64,000 bases of DNA from an uncultured Gemmatimonadales bacterium (GCA_963793305.1 CAWBZV010000011.1:77511-141510); one strand, 5' to 3'; positions 43,342-53,495 are shown, numbered from the stretch's first letter. Translations and numbers: made by a program. Notes: generated by a model from the sequence alone, not told the origin.

Positions 43342-44260
43342 CATTCGCCATACCCGTGTTGCTGTGGCTGGCCATCCCGGTCGTGGCGCTGTCGGTGCTC
43401 GGCGTCAGAGTAGGCGAACGCCGCAGGCGTCGCGCTATTCAGGCGTTCGGCGACGCCAGCCTGATCGCGCCGTTGTCCGCATTGCCAAGTGATCGCCGCC
43501 GAGTGTTGGTCGCCGCGTGCGGAGTGGCTGGCATCGCACTGTCGCTGCTCGCGCTAGCGCGCCCTCGGGTCGGGACGGGAGAGCGGACTGTCGCAGGGAG
43601 CGGCGCCGAACGTCCTGTTCCTGCTGGATCTGTCGCGGTCGATGCGCTCGACCAATGTCCTGCCGTCGCGCTTGGATGCAGCGAAGGCAGCCGCTCGAGC
43701 AATCGCGGCGGCGTTGCCGAGTGATCGTGTGGGGCTGCTGGTGTTCGCGGGCGATGGGTTCTTGCAGTTGCCCGCAACGGTGGACCGGTCGACGTTCGAA
43801 GCGTTTCTCTCGGCCGCGTCCCCGTCAGATGTCCCGGATCCGGCGACGAACCTCGAGGCCGCGGCCGGCGTGGTTTCCAACGTGATCCGTGGCGACAGTA
43901 CGTACACCGCGCTGGTCGTACTGTCAGAATGGCGAGGACAACGTGGGCAAGCTGGAAGGAGCGATCCGTACGCTTCAGTCGGCGCACGTGCGGACGTTCG
44001 CGGTTGGCGTAGGCACCCCGGAGGGCGCGGGCATCGACAGCGGCGCGACAACGCGGCTCATGGAAGACAACCTGCGCGATATCGCCCGCCGCACGGGTGG
44101 CGTGTACACTCGCTGGTCTGGACCATCGAGCGTGACGCCGGTCGTGACCGGTCTCGCGCAGATGCCTCCGCGCCCGATCGCGGGCTCGGCCCGAGTAGCG
44201 GGCATCGATCGCTTCCAGTGGCCGCTGGCGTTGGCCTTCGCCTTGTTGCTGATCCAATGA
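43338..44260 (+). CDS. VWA-domain protein, BatB-like (apparent frameshifts ~43605 and ~43930)
   Basis: ALARP, DLSRSM, SRLDAAK, GVGTPEG, RFQWPL across three frames. Confidence 0.8.
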
Positions 44261-45015
44261 GACGCGCTCTCGCCGCACTGGCCGCCGTGGTCATCGTGTT
44301 CGCGTTCCGCGGCAGACTCGCGAACCTGCTCCAGCGGCAGCACGCCGCGCGCCTGTATCAGGCACGCTCATGGCACGAGGCCGAGCGGGCATTTCAGGGC
44401 TTGATCCACGACGCGACCGTGAAGCGTCAAGCCGACGCCATGCCCCTACTCGACTACGACCTCGCGACAACCGACTACCGGCTCGGCCGATTCGACGCGG
44501 CGGCACAAGCCTATCATATCGCTGTCGCCGGCGACCCCAGGTTGGCCGAGCGCGCCTACTACAATCTCGGCAACACGTACGTGTGGCAAGCGCGCTCCTC
44601 GATCGATCACATGACAAAGCGGTCGGCGCTGCGCGGCGCCGTATCGTCGTACGAGGAAGCCCTGCTGCTCGACCCGCACGATGCCGATGCCAAATGGAAT
44701 CTGGAGGTTGCCTTGCGGCGCTTGGCCAATGCAACCGAGCCCCCATCGCAGCTGTCGCAGCATCGCAATGCGGCCGATTGGGGCGGGGGCAACCTGACGA
44801 AGTCGGGATACGCCGGCAACCCGCAGACCGCGGCGGGTGGGGTACCGGGCGGTGGCTTCGGTCAGCCGGGTGGTGGAGACGCCGTCCCAGAAATCGATGA
44901 GAATCACGCGCGTGCGCTGCTCAACGCCGTCGAACGGGCGCAAGTGAGCGGACAAGAACTGAACGGCCCATTGACGCGCCGTCCCACGCGTCCGACGCAC
45001 GAGCCCGACTACTAG
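44257..45015 (+). CDS. TPR protein, BatC-like
   Basis: YYNLGN, YEEALLLDPHDADAKWNLE, ARALLNAV; ATGA coupling. Confidence 0.82.
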   Translation: MRRALAALAAVVIVFAFRGRLANLLQRQHAARLYQARSWHEAERAFQGLIHDATVKRQADAMPLLDYDLATTDYRLGRFDAAAQAYHIAVAGDPRLAERAYYNLGNTYVWQARSSIDHMTKRSALRGAVSSYEEALLLDPHDADAKWNLEVALRRLANATEPPSQLSQHRNAADWGGGNLTKSGYAGNPQTAAGGVPGGGFGQPGGGDAVPEIDENHARALLNAVERAQVSGQELNGPLTRRPTRPTHEPDY

Positions 45016-45046
45016 CAGGAGTGCAAAAAACGCACCCTGCTAGTAG
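45009..45046. terminator. Hairpin at end of Bat operon
   Basis: CTACTAGCAGG...CCTGCTAGTAG stem with inner GTGC/GCAC; no clear U-tract. Confidence 0.45.
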
Positions 45047-45119
45047 CAGTCGGTTGGACTGAGCTCCGCTGCGCTGCGCTCATGGGAACCCTTCGCTCGG
45101 CGGATGGGTCTAATTAGAT

Positions 45120-45473
45120 GTGAAACGCCTCGCGGTCCTCCTCGCTTTGACTGTAGCCGCTTGCACGAGCCCGACCGAGCCGACGCACTCGGTGACGGGC
45201 ATGTGGAAGGGCGTGGTCGGCCCGCACGCGCTGACGATCTCGCTGGTGATGCACCCCGACCGCTCGGTGACCGGCGTGGGCATCGATACGACGACGTCGA
45301 GCGTCGCTCGATTCCCCGTGCGCGGCACGGTGTCCGGATCGACCGTCGTGCTGCTCTTCACACCCGAGTCGGTCGACTCCGGATTCAGCGGCCGATTCAC
45401 GGACGTGTCGCGCCTCGAGGGGTCGCTCGACTTCCCTGGATACTCGACGACCGTCGCGTTGCATCGGCAGTAG
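45120..45473 (+). CDS. Hypothetical lipoprotein
   Basis: MKRLAVLLALTVAA-C lipobox; beta-rich mature part (VTGMWKG). Confidence 0.7.
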   Translation: MKRLAVLLALTVAACTSPTEPTHSVTGMWKGVVGPHALTISLVMHPDRSVTGVGIDTTTSSVARFPVRGTVSGSTVVLLFTPESVDSGFSGRFTDVSRLEGSLDFPGYSTTVALHRQ

Positions 45474-45474
45474 G

Positions 45475-47910
45475 TCAGTCGGACCGCATCGCGATCAACG
45501 GATCGATGCGCGCGGCGCTGCGTGCCGGGAGCCATGAGGCGAGGAAGGCGACGCCGAGGAGCGCGGCGCACACGACTTCGTAGGTCGCCAGGTCGTTCGG
45601 TTTGACGCCGAATAGGAGGCTGCCGAGCACACGGCTGCCGACGAGCGCGATGGCGAGTCCTATCGCCAGGCCCAGGCCGGTGAGGCGCAGGCCTTGGCTG
45701 ACGACGAGCCGGACGACTTGCCCCGTGCGGGCGCCGAGGGCGAGCCGGATGCCGAGCTCGCGGCGGCGCTCGCGGACGACGTAGGCGAGGACGCCGTAGA
45801 TCCCGATGATCGCGAGCAGCAGCGCGACGACGCCGAATGTCATCACGACCATGGCGTAGAGGCGCGGTCGGGCCAGCGAGCCGGAGACGTCGGCGGCCAG
45901 GCTGCGCGTGCGGAAGATCGGCACGTCGGGGTCGACGGCGCTGACGGCGCGGGTGGTGGCGGCGAGAACCTGGGTGGGGTCGGACGTGGTGCGCACGACG
46001 AACGTCAGGAACGCGCGCGAGACTTGCTCGTGCGGTTGGAAGATCACGGGTGGTGCGGGGGTCCGGAGGTCGTCGAACTTCATGTCGCCGACGACCCCGA
46101 CGATGTCGCCGCCCATCTGCACGATGTCGCCGTGCCCGGTGGAGTCGGCGTTGCCGCCGAGGATCAGGTGATGGCCGATCGCGTCGCCGGCCGGGAAGTA
46201 CTTGCGGGCGCACGCCTCGTTGATCACGAGCACGCGGTGGCCACCTGACCGGTCGTCGTCCGTGAACTCGCGGCCGTCTTTGATCGGTACGCCCATCGTC
46301 GCGAAATATCCGGCGGAGACGGGCTCGTAGATGGCGGCCGGCTGGTCATCCTTTGACGTGGGGCGTCCCTGGATCTCGAACGTCACCGGAAAATCGGGAT
46401 AGCCGGCGAACGGGACGCCGAACCCGTAGGCCGAGGCGCGTGTACCGGGGATCGCCAGCAGACGGTTGCGCACCGCGTGCGTGAATTCGCGGACGCGAGC
46501 CCAGTTGGCGTACTTGTCGCTGTAGAAATTCACATCGAAGGCCACGACGTGGGCTGGCTGGAATCCCGGGTCGACGTCCATCATGTGGATCAAGCTGCGC
46601 GTGAGCAGCACGGCGCCGATGAGAAGGACGGCCGCGATCGCGGTCTCGGTGACGACGAGCGCGCCGCGTGTGCGGCCGCTCTTGCGATGCCCGCTCGTGC
46701 CGCGCGTGCCCGACTTGAGGGTCTCGCCGAGGTCGACGGCCGAGGCTTGATAGGCGGGGACGAGGCCGAAGAGCGAGCCGGTGAGCGTGGCGATGATCGC
46801 GGTGAAGAGGAGCGCGCGGCCGGAGAGTGTCACGTCCTCGAGCCGGGGGAGGCCGCCGAGTTTCGAGGCGACGACGAGGTGGATGCCGTTCACCGCGATG
46901 AGGACGCCGATCGCGGCGCCGGCGAGCGACAGCATGACGCTCTCGACGAGCAGCTCCTGGATCACGCGGCGTCGGCCGGCGCCGATCGCGATACGGAGCG
47001 CGATCTCGGTGGAGCGGCCGCTGGCGCGGACGAGCAGCAGGTTCGTGACGTTGGCGCAGGCGATCAGCAGGAAGCAGCCGACGGCGCCGAACAGTACGAG
47101 GAGGGCGGGGCGCGTGTTGCCGACGATCGCCGTTTGCAGCGGCTCGATCGTGTAGTCGACGTCGGTCTCGGCTTGGGGATATTGCTGTTTGATCCGGTCG
47201 GTGATCGTTCGAAATTCTTCGCGCGCGGTTGCGAATGCGATGCCCGGGGCGATGCGGCCGATGACGGTGCGGAAATGCAGGTTGCGTTGGTTTGGCGCGT
47301 AGTCGGCTGGGGCGAGGACATCCGGCAGCCAGATATCGGGTTCGCTCGGATACGTGAAGCGGGGCGGCGCGATGCCGATCACGGTGTAGGCGCCACCGTC
47401 GAGTGTCAGGGTCTGGCCGACGAGCGTGGGGCTCGCGCCGAACCGCGTGCGCCAGAACGCGTCGCTCACGACGATGACCTTCGCGGCTTCCGGTCGGTCA
47501 TCGCTCGGCGTGAACAGCCGGCCGTTGCCTGGGGCGATGCCGAGGAGCGAGAACCAGTTGGCGCTTACGACCGCGACGTTGAGGCGCTCGGGTGCGCCGC
47601 GGCCCGTGAGTGTGGCTGGGCCGAGGCCGTACGTGGCGAGCGCGTCGAGACGAGAGGATTGGCGGCGCCAGTCGAGGAAATCGGGGATTGAGACGCCGAA
47701 TGACTTGTGGCCGGTGGGGTTGACGACGGCCACCAGGCGCGAGGGGTTGCCGAATGGGAGTGACCGGAGGAGTACGCCGTCGACGACGCTGAAGATCAGG
47801 GTGTTGGCGCCGATCGCGATGGCTAGCGTCGCGACGATGGCGAGCGTGAACCAGGGGGTTTTCGGCAGGCGGCGGAGTGCGGCGCGAGCGTCGTAGAGGA
47901 GGGAATCCAT
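45475..47910 (-). CDS. ADOP-type duplicated MacB/FtsX ABC permease
   Basis: LAIAIGANTLIFS, LLIACANVTNLLL, RELGIRLALGA, PARSAARIDP. Confidence 0.9.
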   Translation of the reverse strand: MDSLLYDARAALRRLPKTPWFTLAIVATLAIAIGANTLIFSVVDGVLLRSLPFGNPSRLVAVVNPTGHKSFGVSIPDFLDWRRQSSRLDALATYGLGPATLTGRGAPERLNVAVVSANWFSLLGIAPGNGRLFTPSDDRPEAAKVIVVSDAFWRTRFGASPTLVGQTLTLDGGAYTVIGIAPPRFTYPSEPDIWLPDVLAPADYAPNQRNLHFRTVIGRIAPGIAFATAREEFRTITDRIKQQYPQAETDVDYTIEPLQTAIVGNTRPALLVLFGAVGCFLLIACANVTNLLLVRASGRSTEIALRIAIGAGRRRVIQELLVESVMLSLAGAAIGVLIAVNGIHLVVASKLGGLPRLEDVTLSGRALLFTAIIATLTGSLFGLVPAYQASAVDLGETLKSGTRGTSGHRKSGRTRGALVVTETAIAAVLLIGAVLLTRSLIHMMDVDPGFQPAHVVAFDVNFYSDKYANWARVREFTHAVRNRLLAIPGTRASAYGFGVPFAGYPDFPVTFEIQGRPTSKDDQPAAIYEPVSAGYFATMGVPIKDGREFTDDDRSGGHRVLVINEACARKYFPAGDAIGHHLILGGNADSTGHGDIVQMGGDIVGVVGDMKFDDLRTPAPPVIFQPHEQVSRAFLTFVVRTTSDPTQVLAATTRAVSAVDPDVPIFRTRSLAADVSGSLARPRLYAMVVMTFGVVALLLAIIGIYGVLAYVVRERRRELGIRLALGARTGQVVRLVVSQGLRLTGLGLAIGLAIALVGSRVLGSLLFGVKPNDLATYEVVCAALLGVAFLASWLPARSAARIDPLIAMRSD

Positions 47911-48165
47911 GCGCTCTACAGCAGGGAAGGCGCATGCCACCTATGGCGCGCGAGTCAACTCGACGTTGCCCAGCGACTTGACATCAGTACGCGTGGGAGT
48001 GTGCCGCCCGTGCGTGGGATGCGGTGCCTCGAATCGGGACAGGGGACTTGAGCGAAACGGTACGGGGAGGCGCCACGGGTTGCGGCGGTCGCGCCACGGC
48101 AGTTTTGGCCGTATGTATTCTCGTATCTACTGATATAGCAACGGCTTATATAGCCGCGCTCGTTA

Positions 48166-48180
48166 TGGCTCGTCGGTTGC
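48166..48180 (+). promoter_or_regulatory. Putative sigma54 (-24/-12) promoter of pilin gene
   Basis: TGGCTCG-TCGG-TTGC, GG-N10-GC spacing, 36 nt upstream of the ATG. Confidence 0.6.
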
Positions 48181-48216
48181 GAATCTGTTGGGCACAACTC
48201 CAACGGAGCACCGACA

Positions 48217-48621
48217 ATGAAAAAGGGTTTCACACTGATCGAGCTGCTCATCGTCGTCGTGATCATCGGCATTCTGGCCGCCATCGCGGTCCCTGCCTTC
48301 GCAGCCACGAAGTCGAAGGCCTATACGGCGTCAATGAAGACCGACCTGCGGAATTTGGTGACGGCGCAGGAAGCGTATTTCTCCGACAACTCGACGTATG
48401 CGTCGTCGACGGCTTCGCTCTCGACCTCATTCCACGTCTCGGCGGGCAACACGGTCACGGATCCCACCGCGGACGCCGCGGGTTGGAGCGCGACGATCAC
48501 GAACAGCTACGTGGCGTCGACCCAGAGCGGTCATATCTGCGCGGTGTGGGTGGGCGATGCGACGTCGCAGCCTGGTGGCGTTGCGGGCGACACGCTCGAG
48601 GGCGCGCCGGCCTGCTCGTGA
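48217..48621 (+). CDS. Type IV pilin-like protein
   Basis: MKKG|FTLIELLIVVVIIGILAAIAVP class III signal; two C-terminal Cys. Confidence 0.92.
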   Translation: MKKGFTLIELLIVVVIIGILAAIAVPAFAATKSKAYTASMKTDLRNLVTAQEAYFSDNSTYASSTASLSTSFHVSAGNTVTDPTADAAGWSATITNSYVASTQSGHICAVWVGDATSQPGGVAGDTLEGAPACS

Positions 48622-49122
48622 TCAGTTCGGCGCGGTGCAGGCCGCGGAGTCTGACTGGACCGCGTTGGCGCACCTGACGAGAAGTCGCGTCGTCTGTAGC
48701 ACGTCGCTCGCGCGGTCCTGAGCGTCGGCGCCGGTCCGGCGAATCAAGCGCTGGTCGTGAAAGTAGAGACGTTGCTCGTCTCGTCGGATGACGTGGCCGC
48801 TCAGCGGGTGATCGTAGTGCTCGACGTCGGCGTAGATGAACACGAGCGTATCGTTGGCGAAATAGAAGGCCTCGGAGCTGCGGCCCATCTCGCCGTAGTA
48901 CGTGGCGTCGAGCTTCTTCAAGTGCGGGCCGTCGAACCAGGCGTCGAGGTAGCCGCCCTCGGTCGAGAAGTCGAAGATGTCGTGTCGCACGCGGCGGTAC
49001 GACGGCAGTCCGCGCTCGATGCGGGCGTACGCATTGCGGATGGCGCTGATGGCGACCGAGTCGGGAGTCGGTTGCCGAGGGGCGGCGGCCAGTAGCGCGA
49101 GCCCGATGACGAGAATCCGCAT
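48622..49122 (-). CDS. Hypothetical exported protein
   Basis: Signal peptide; STEGG, EQRLYF motifs. Confidence 0.65.
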   Translation of the reverse strand: MRILVIGLALLAAAPRQPTPDSVAISAIRNAYARIERGLPSYRRVRHDIFDFSTEGGYLDAWFDGPHLKKLDATYYGEMGRSSEAFYFANDTLVFIYADVEHYDHPLSGHVIRRDEQRLYFHDQRLIRRTGADAQDRASDVLQTTRLLVRCANAVQSDSAACTAPN

Positions 49123-49140
49123 ACTCGAATATCATATCAT

Positions 49141-49734
49141 ATGCGCGATTTGCTGCCCCTCTCGGCCTACGAGAAGGCCTCCACCGTGAGCTTCGGACGA
49201 TCGACCGTCGTCTTGGGCCTCTTGTGGGGCATTCCGATGACGACGTTCATGCTGCGAACACACCAGGGCAGCCTGGGCTTCGTTCTCGTCATCGGTGCGA
49301 TCGGCGCGCTCGTCTTCGGCTCACTGATCACAATGTTGGCGCGTTTCGCCAGGCGCCAGCTGACTCAGGCGGTCTACTATTGCGTGTGGCCCATCGTCCC
49401 GGCAACGCCGCCGGGGCAGTACGAGGCGCGGCTCATGTGCAGTCTCATTCGAGGACGCTTGCCCGTGGGCGGCCACCTCTACATCGGCCCTGACGCTTGG
49501 ACCTTCGTGCCGCATGCTCGGAACGGGCCGGTCATGCGGAAGACGGTCCGTTGGGACCAGCCAAGCCGGCTATCCGTCTCTGCGCAACGGCCGACATGGG
49601 GTTGGCTCGCGTGGTTGTTCGGCGTGCCCACCAACGATCAGGTTGTCCTCGCCGACGGTGAGGCCCAAGCCGTGCTCGTCGTGCCGAACGCCAGCGACGT
49701 CGTCTCCGCGATCTCGGCCCTACGCAGCGACTGA
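49141..49734 (+). CDS. Hypothetical membrane protein (2 TM, GRAM/PH-like tail)
   Basis: Hydrophobic N-terminus; VGGHLYI..FVPH. Confidence 0.55.
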   Translation: MRDLLPLSAYEKASTVSFGRSTVVLGLLWGIPMTTFMLRTHQGSLGFVLVIGAIGALVFGSLITMLARFARRQLTQAVYYCVWPIVPATPPGQYEARLMCSLIRGRLPVGGHLYIGPDAWTFVPHARNGPVMRKTVRWDQPSRLSVSAQRPTWGWLAWLFGVPTNDQVVLADGEAQAVLVVPNASDVVSAISALRSD

Positions 49735-50529
49735 CGCGACGGCGACGACGAATTCGCCGGGGACCGAGTAGCCCGCGCCGTCCCGGTAGGGCGCAATCGA
49801 TTGGAGGTACTCGGCGTGCACCTGCTCGCGGACGTCATCGGCGAACCGCGCGTACGCGAGCGCGACCGGCCCGCCGACGAACGCCGCGGCACAGGCTTCG
49901 TCCGGCGTGTCGTATCGAAGCGGGATCGTGAGCCGCTCTGAGCGAACGTTCGTGAAGCCGGCCGCCTCGAGCTCGCGTGTCAGCGCGTCGGCCGTACCGA
50001 GGCGGAAAAAGAGCGGGCACACTTCCGAGTTCACTCGGGCATCGACAATCGGAAAGATGTCGGCCCACCCGCAGTTGCGGCGCGCACCCCAGACCGCGAC
50101 CGCGGCTCGTCCGCCGGGCTTGAGCACCCGCCGCATCTCGGCGATCGCGCGATCGGTATCGGGAACGTACATCAGTCCGAGGCTCGACAGCGCGACATCG
50201 AACGTCGCATCGGGAAAGTCGAGTTTCTCGGCGTCCATCCGCGCGATGCGCACATTGCGCGGTGCGCGCTGCGCCGCCAGTTCGACCATGCGATCGGACA
50301 GATCGGTCCCGACGACCGTGCCGGTGGCCCCCACCGACGCGGCGGCGGCGAACGTGACCAACCCGGTCCCGCACGCCACGTCGAGGACCTGCTCGCCAGC
50401 CCGCAGCGCGGCGACGGCCAACAATCGCTCTTGCGCGGCGCGCAGCTGACGGCTCCAGCTCTCCTCGTAGTATGCCGCGGCCCGATCCCACCCGTATCGT
50501 TGGATCCGACGTTGCAGCGCGGCGTCCAT
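49720..50529 (-). CDS. Class I SAM-dependent methyltransferase (UbiE-like)
   Basis: VLDVACGTG, DAEKLDFPDATFD, RVLKPGG. Confidence 0.88.
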   Translation of the reverse strand: MDAALQRRIQRYGWDRAAAYYEESWSRQLRAAQERLLAVAALRAGEQVLDVACGTGLVTFAAAASVGATGTVVGTDLSDRMVELAAQRAPRNVRIARMDAEKLDFPDATFDVALSSLGLMYVPDTDRAIAEMRRVLKPGGRAAVAVWGARRNCGWADIFPIVDARVNSEVCPLFFRLGTADALTRELEAAGFTNVRSERLTIPLRYDTPDEACAAAFVGGPVALAYARFADDVREQVHAEYLQSIAPYRDGAGYSVPGEFVVAVASVAA

Positions 50530-50531
50530 GA

Positions 50532-51059
50532 TCAGCGCGCCGCCGGCGCCCTCACGTGGACGCGGCGCACGCACTGTTGGGCGCGCCGGAACACGTCGAG
50601 GTAGGGACTCCGTTCGTCTGCCTCGTCGAGCATGCGCACGATATCTGCCTCCGGCGCGCCGCTCTCGACCGTCACGGCGTACCGCACTTGGGTATATCCC
50701 GGCGGGACATCGGCGACGGTGCCGAACAGCGCCCCGTCATCGTAGTCGGCCTCGACCTCGACCGTGAGCGAGTCGATCGGCAGGCCCAGACGCGCGGCGT
50801 GCATCATATATCCGATCGCGAGGCAGCTCCCGAGCGCTCCCCGCCCGTAGACGCCAGGCGTGGGTCCCGCGTTAGCCCCACCGACCGACGTCGGCATGTC
50901 GACGATGAACCGCCACGGCCCTTCGACGACCTCACACGTCAAGCCATCCTTCACCGTCACCGTCGAATGGCCTGTGCCGTGGCCGAGCGATGGCTTGAGC
51001 GTGAGCGCTTTGACCGACCGCTCGACGCCGGTCTTGATCCGCTCGTTCGTGTTCCCCAT
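50532..51059 (-). CDS. OsmC-family protein
   Basis: DMPTSVGGANAGPTP, ALGSCL, RSPYLD; ATG at 51059. Confidence 0.8.
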   Translation of the reverse strand: MGNTNERIKTGVERSVKALTLKPSLGHGTGHSTVTVKDGLTCEVVEGPWRFIVDMPTSVGGANAGPTPGVYGRGALGSCLAIGYMMHAARLGLPIDSLTVEVEADYDDGALFGTVADVPPGYTQVRYAVTVESGAPEADIVRMLDEADERSPYLDVFRRAQQCVRRVHVRAPAAR

Positions 51060-51127
51060 ACCTCGGTATATCGTACTGCCGGGGGAAATCCGCCAGAGGC
51101 GCGCGCAGTCTACTGCGCCGTACGTCT

Positions 51128-51754
51128 TCATGACCGCACGAACCGCATCAGTAAAGTGACGTCGTCGCCGTCCGCGGCGCGTAGCGCATCGAGATATCGC
51201 GCTCGAGTGACGCCGGCGTGTTGTAGGTTGTCGGTGCCCCACGAGAATGGGGGGGATCCGCGAGTCGTCAACACGGTGTCCGCGTAGAGGCGCGCGTGCC
51301 GGCCGTTGCCGTTGGGGAAAGGATGGATAACCGTCAACCGGTGATGCAACCGCACGGCGCACTCGTCGGCGGCGTACGACCGGTGATCGAACCAACAGAC
51401 CGCGTCGGCGACGAGCTCGGAGAGCTTGGACGAGATCGTGGCCCATGGAACGACAAGGTTCGTGTCGTGTCGGCGATACGCGCCGGCCCATTTCCACGTG
51501 TCGCCGAACATGTGGCGATGCAGGTCCCGCACGAAGCGAACATCCAACACGGGACGGCGCCGACGCACCGACAGCCAGTTCACCGCCCGCGCGATGTTGG
51601 CTTGTTCCCACGCATTCAGTTCGGCTCGTGTGCCAATGTGCCGAGGGATCAGGTCGTGAACATCCTCGGTGTCGAGGGCGGTCGCTCCATCGGGATCCGT
51701 CGTCACGTCGGCGGCGACTGGCTCGGAGGATCGTCCCAAAACGAGCGCGGCCAC
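51128..51754 (-). CDS. Mobile mystery protein B (Fic family)
   Basis: Canonical Fic motif HPFPNGNGRHAR; ELNAWEQANI, MFGDTWKWAG. Confidence 0.9.
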   Translation of the reverse strand: MAALVLGRSSEPVAADVTTDPDGATALDTEDVHDLIPRHIGTRAELNAWEQANIARAVNWLSVRRRRPVLDVRFVRDLHRHMFGDTWKWAGAYRRHDTNLVVPWATISSKLSELVADAVCWFDHRSYAADECAVRLHHRLTVIHPFPNGNGRHARLYADTVLTTRGSPPFSWGTDNLQHAGVTRARYLDALRAADGDDVTLLMRFVRS

Positions 51755-52203
51755 GTCGCCAGAAGGTCGGCGACGAGTTGATCTTCCTGAGCCCGCTGTT
51801 CCTCAGCGGACACGGCTTGGTCCTCGAGTGCCATGCTGTGCGCGATGCGACCGAGCTGCTGGTGCGCGACCAGGCGAGCGCGGCGCTCACGGATGGCCTG
51901 CAGAGTGTGGCGGGGGACGATGGCATACACGAGCCGACAGTCGAGCGCGCGCGCGGCGCGAGCCAGACTGTCGAGCGTGACCGTTCCTCGGTCTTCGCGT
52001 TGCTCCAGGGCCACCACGTTCTTCTGTGCGATCCCCAGCCGGCGCGCGAGCTGCGTCGTGCTCATGTCCAGCGCCGTGCGGATCGTACGGATCCAACCGC
52101 CGGCGGGTCTGCGGGGCAGTACGTGCACCGCCCGGCGTTCGGACGGACCTTCGAAACGCGCCGTGAGTTGACGGAGGCGAAGGCTCTTTGCTGACTGGCG
52201 CAT
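51703..52203 (-). CDS. Mobile mystery protein A (XRE-type HTH)
   Basis: GGWIRTIRTALDMSTTQLARRLG, TLDSLARAARALDCRLVY, HSMALEDQ. Confidence 0.9.
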   Translation of the reverse strand: MRQSAKSLRLRQLTARFEGPSERRAVHVLPRRPAGGWIRTIRTALDMSTTQLARRLGIAQKNVVALEQREDRGTVTLDSLARAARALDCRLVYAIVPRHTLQAIRERRARLVAHQQLGRIAHSMALEDQAVSAEEQRAQEDQLVADLLATWPRSFWDDPPSQSPPT

Positions 52204-52252
52204 ATACTCCATAGGGTATGTAATGTAGCTATGACTATACTCTATAGGGTAT
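52204..52252. promoter_or_regulatory. Two 16-bp quasi-palindromic operator-like sites upstream of mobile mystery A
   Basis: ATACTCCATAGGGTAT (52204-52219) and ATACTCTATAGGGTAT (52237-52252). Confidence 0.75.
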
Positions 52253-52337
52253 CGGTACGCAATGTGGCTCCTCGCGCTCACCACGTCGCGATCGGTAGGC
52301 ATGCGTTTCTTTCCGTGACGCCTATATTGGGCCCACG

Positions 52338-53250
52338 ATGGATGCGGTGGCCCTGCAGTCGGCGCTGGGGAACGCGTATCACATCCAGCGCGAGCTGGGG
52401 CGCGGTGGCATGGCGACGGTCTATCTCGCCGACGATACGAAGCACGGACGCCAGGTCGCGCTCAAAGTGCTGCATCCCGAGTTCGCGGCCTCCCTCGGGC
52501 CGGACCGGTTTCGCCGCGAGATCACGACCGCCGCGCGACTGCAGCATCCCCACATCCTGACGGTCTACGACTCCGGCGAGACGCCCGACGGGCTCCTGTG
52601 GTTCACATCCGTACGTCGTCGGCGAATCACTGCGCGACCGCCTGCGCCGCGAGCGACAGCTGTCGGTCGATGATACGATGCGGATCACGAGCGAGATCGC
52701 TGACGCGCTGGCCATCGATTCGATGACGATGTACGTGTTCCTCGCGAGCTACGGGGGGTACGCCTGGGTGCTCGACTCCGCGCAACGCCGGACGTTGCTC
52801 GGTGTGCCGGAACACGGCTTCGACCGGGGTCGCTCGGCCTATGCGTTCGTGCGGATGCTCATTCACGACGAATTTGGCGACTCCGCGGCCACCGCGGCCT
52901 ACGCCGACACGGCGGCCGCGGCGCTGATCAAGGACAACGGCCCGGATGTCGCGGACTCGGACTCGGACTACGGGTGGGCTCTGGCAATCGCCGGACATCG
53001 GCCCGAGGCGATCGCCGCCGCCGATCGGTACATCGCGCAGCATCCGATCGATGGCGACTACCTCGATGGACCGGACAACGCCGAGGGCGTGGTCAAGGCG
53101 TACGCGCGTGCGGGTCAAACAGACAAAGCGCTCGACTTGCTCGAGCGGCTGATCCACATGCCCGGCCGTCAGACACCCGGCCGGGTGAAGGTCGATCCGG
53201 CGTTCGCGCCATTGCGCAATATGCCCCGCTTTCAGCGACTGAGCCCGTAA
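52338..53250 (+). pseudogene. Ser/Thr kinase-TPR gene remnant lacking the catalytic C-lobe
   Basis: LGRGGMATVY, VALKVL, RFRREI, HPHIL present; after EIADALA (~52713) the sequence jumps to a TPR-like tail; no HRD or DFG; also a frameshift ~52608. Confidence 0.75.
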
Positions 53251-53270
53251 CCCTACGCGAGAGGTGACCC

Positions 53271-53495
53271 ATGGATCAGCACTACGCGATCTTCGAGCAG
53301 CGAGGCACCACGGCGGTGGTCATCGAGACGGGTCCCATCTCTACGAATACGCCGCAGGAGGCCGAAGCATTCGTCCGTGATCGGTGCGATGATCTGAGTC
53401 GTGGCCGACGCCTCAGCCTCACGTTCAAGCTCGGCCCGCAGGGCATGGACTTCAGGAGCGACGAGAATCCGAGCGGCAACGCGGATCAGCTCTAA
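53271..53495 (+). CDS. Hypothetical protein, 74 aa
   Basis: GAGGTG RBS before ATG. Confidence 0.5.
   Translation: MDQHYAIFEQRGTTAVVIETGPISTNTPQEAEAFVRDRCDDLSRGRRLSLTFKLGPQGMDFRSDENPSGNADQL

Noticed and set aside
1850..43950. About 15 frameshifts in GGDEF, lysS, clpC, bamA, lpxD, fabZ, lpxB, uvrC, DUF512, plsY, GT2 and batB as pseudogenisation or recoding
   Set aside because: They hit essential genes whose sequences are otherwise intact and lack slippery or SD signals; best explained as sequencing/assembly indels.
43642..45015. Apparent VWA-TPR fusion ORF (457 aa)
   Set aside because: Artefact of the ~43930 indel; batB-like and batC-like genes are separate with an ATGA overlap.
45050..45110. 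REP-like palindromic element after the Bat operon
   Set aside because: Single copy in this window with weak pairing; cannot be supported without a genome-wide search.
47925..47939. sigma54-like site upstream of the ADOP permease (minus strand)
   Set aside because: The -12 element is TTCC rather than TTGC and it lies very close to the start codon.
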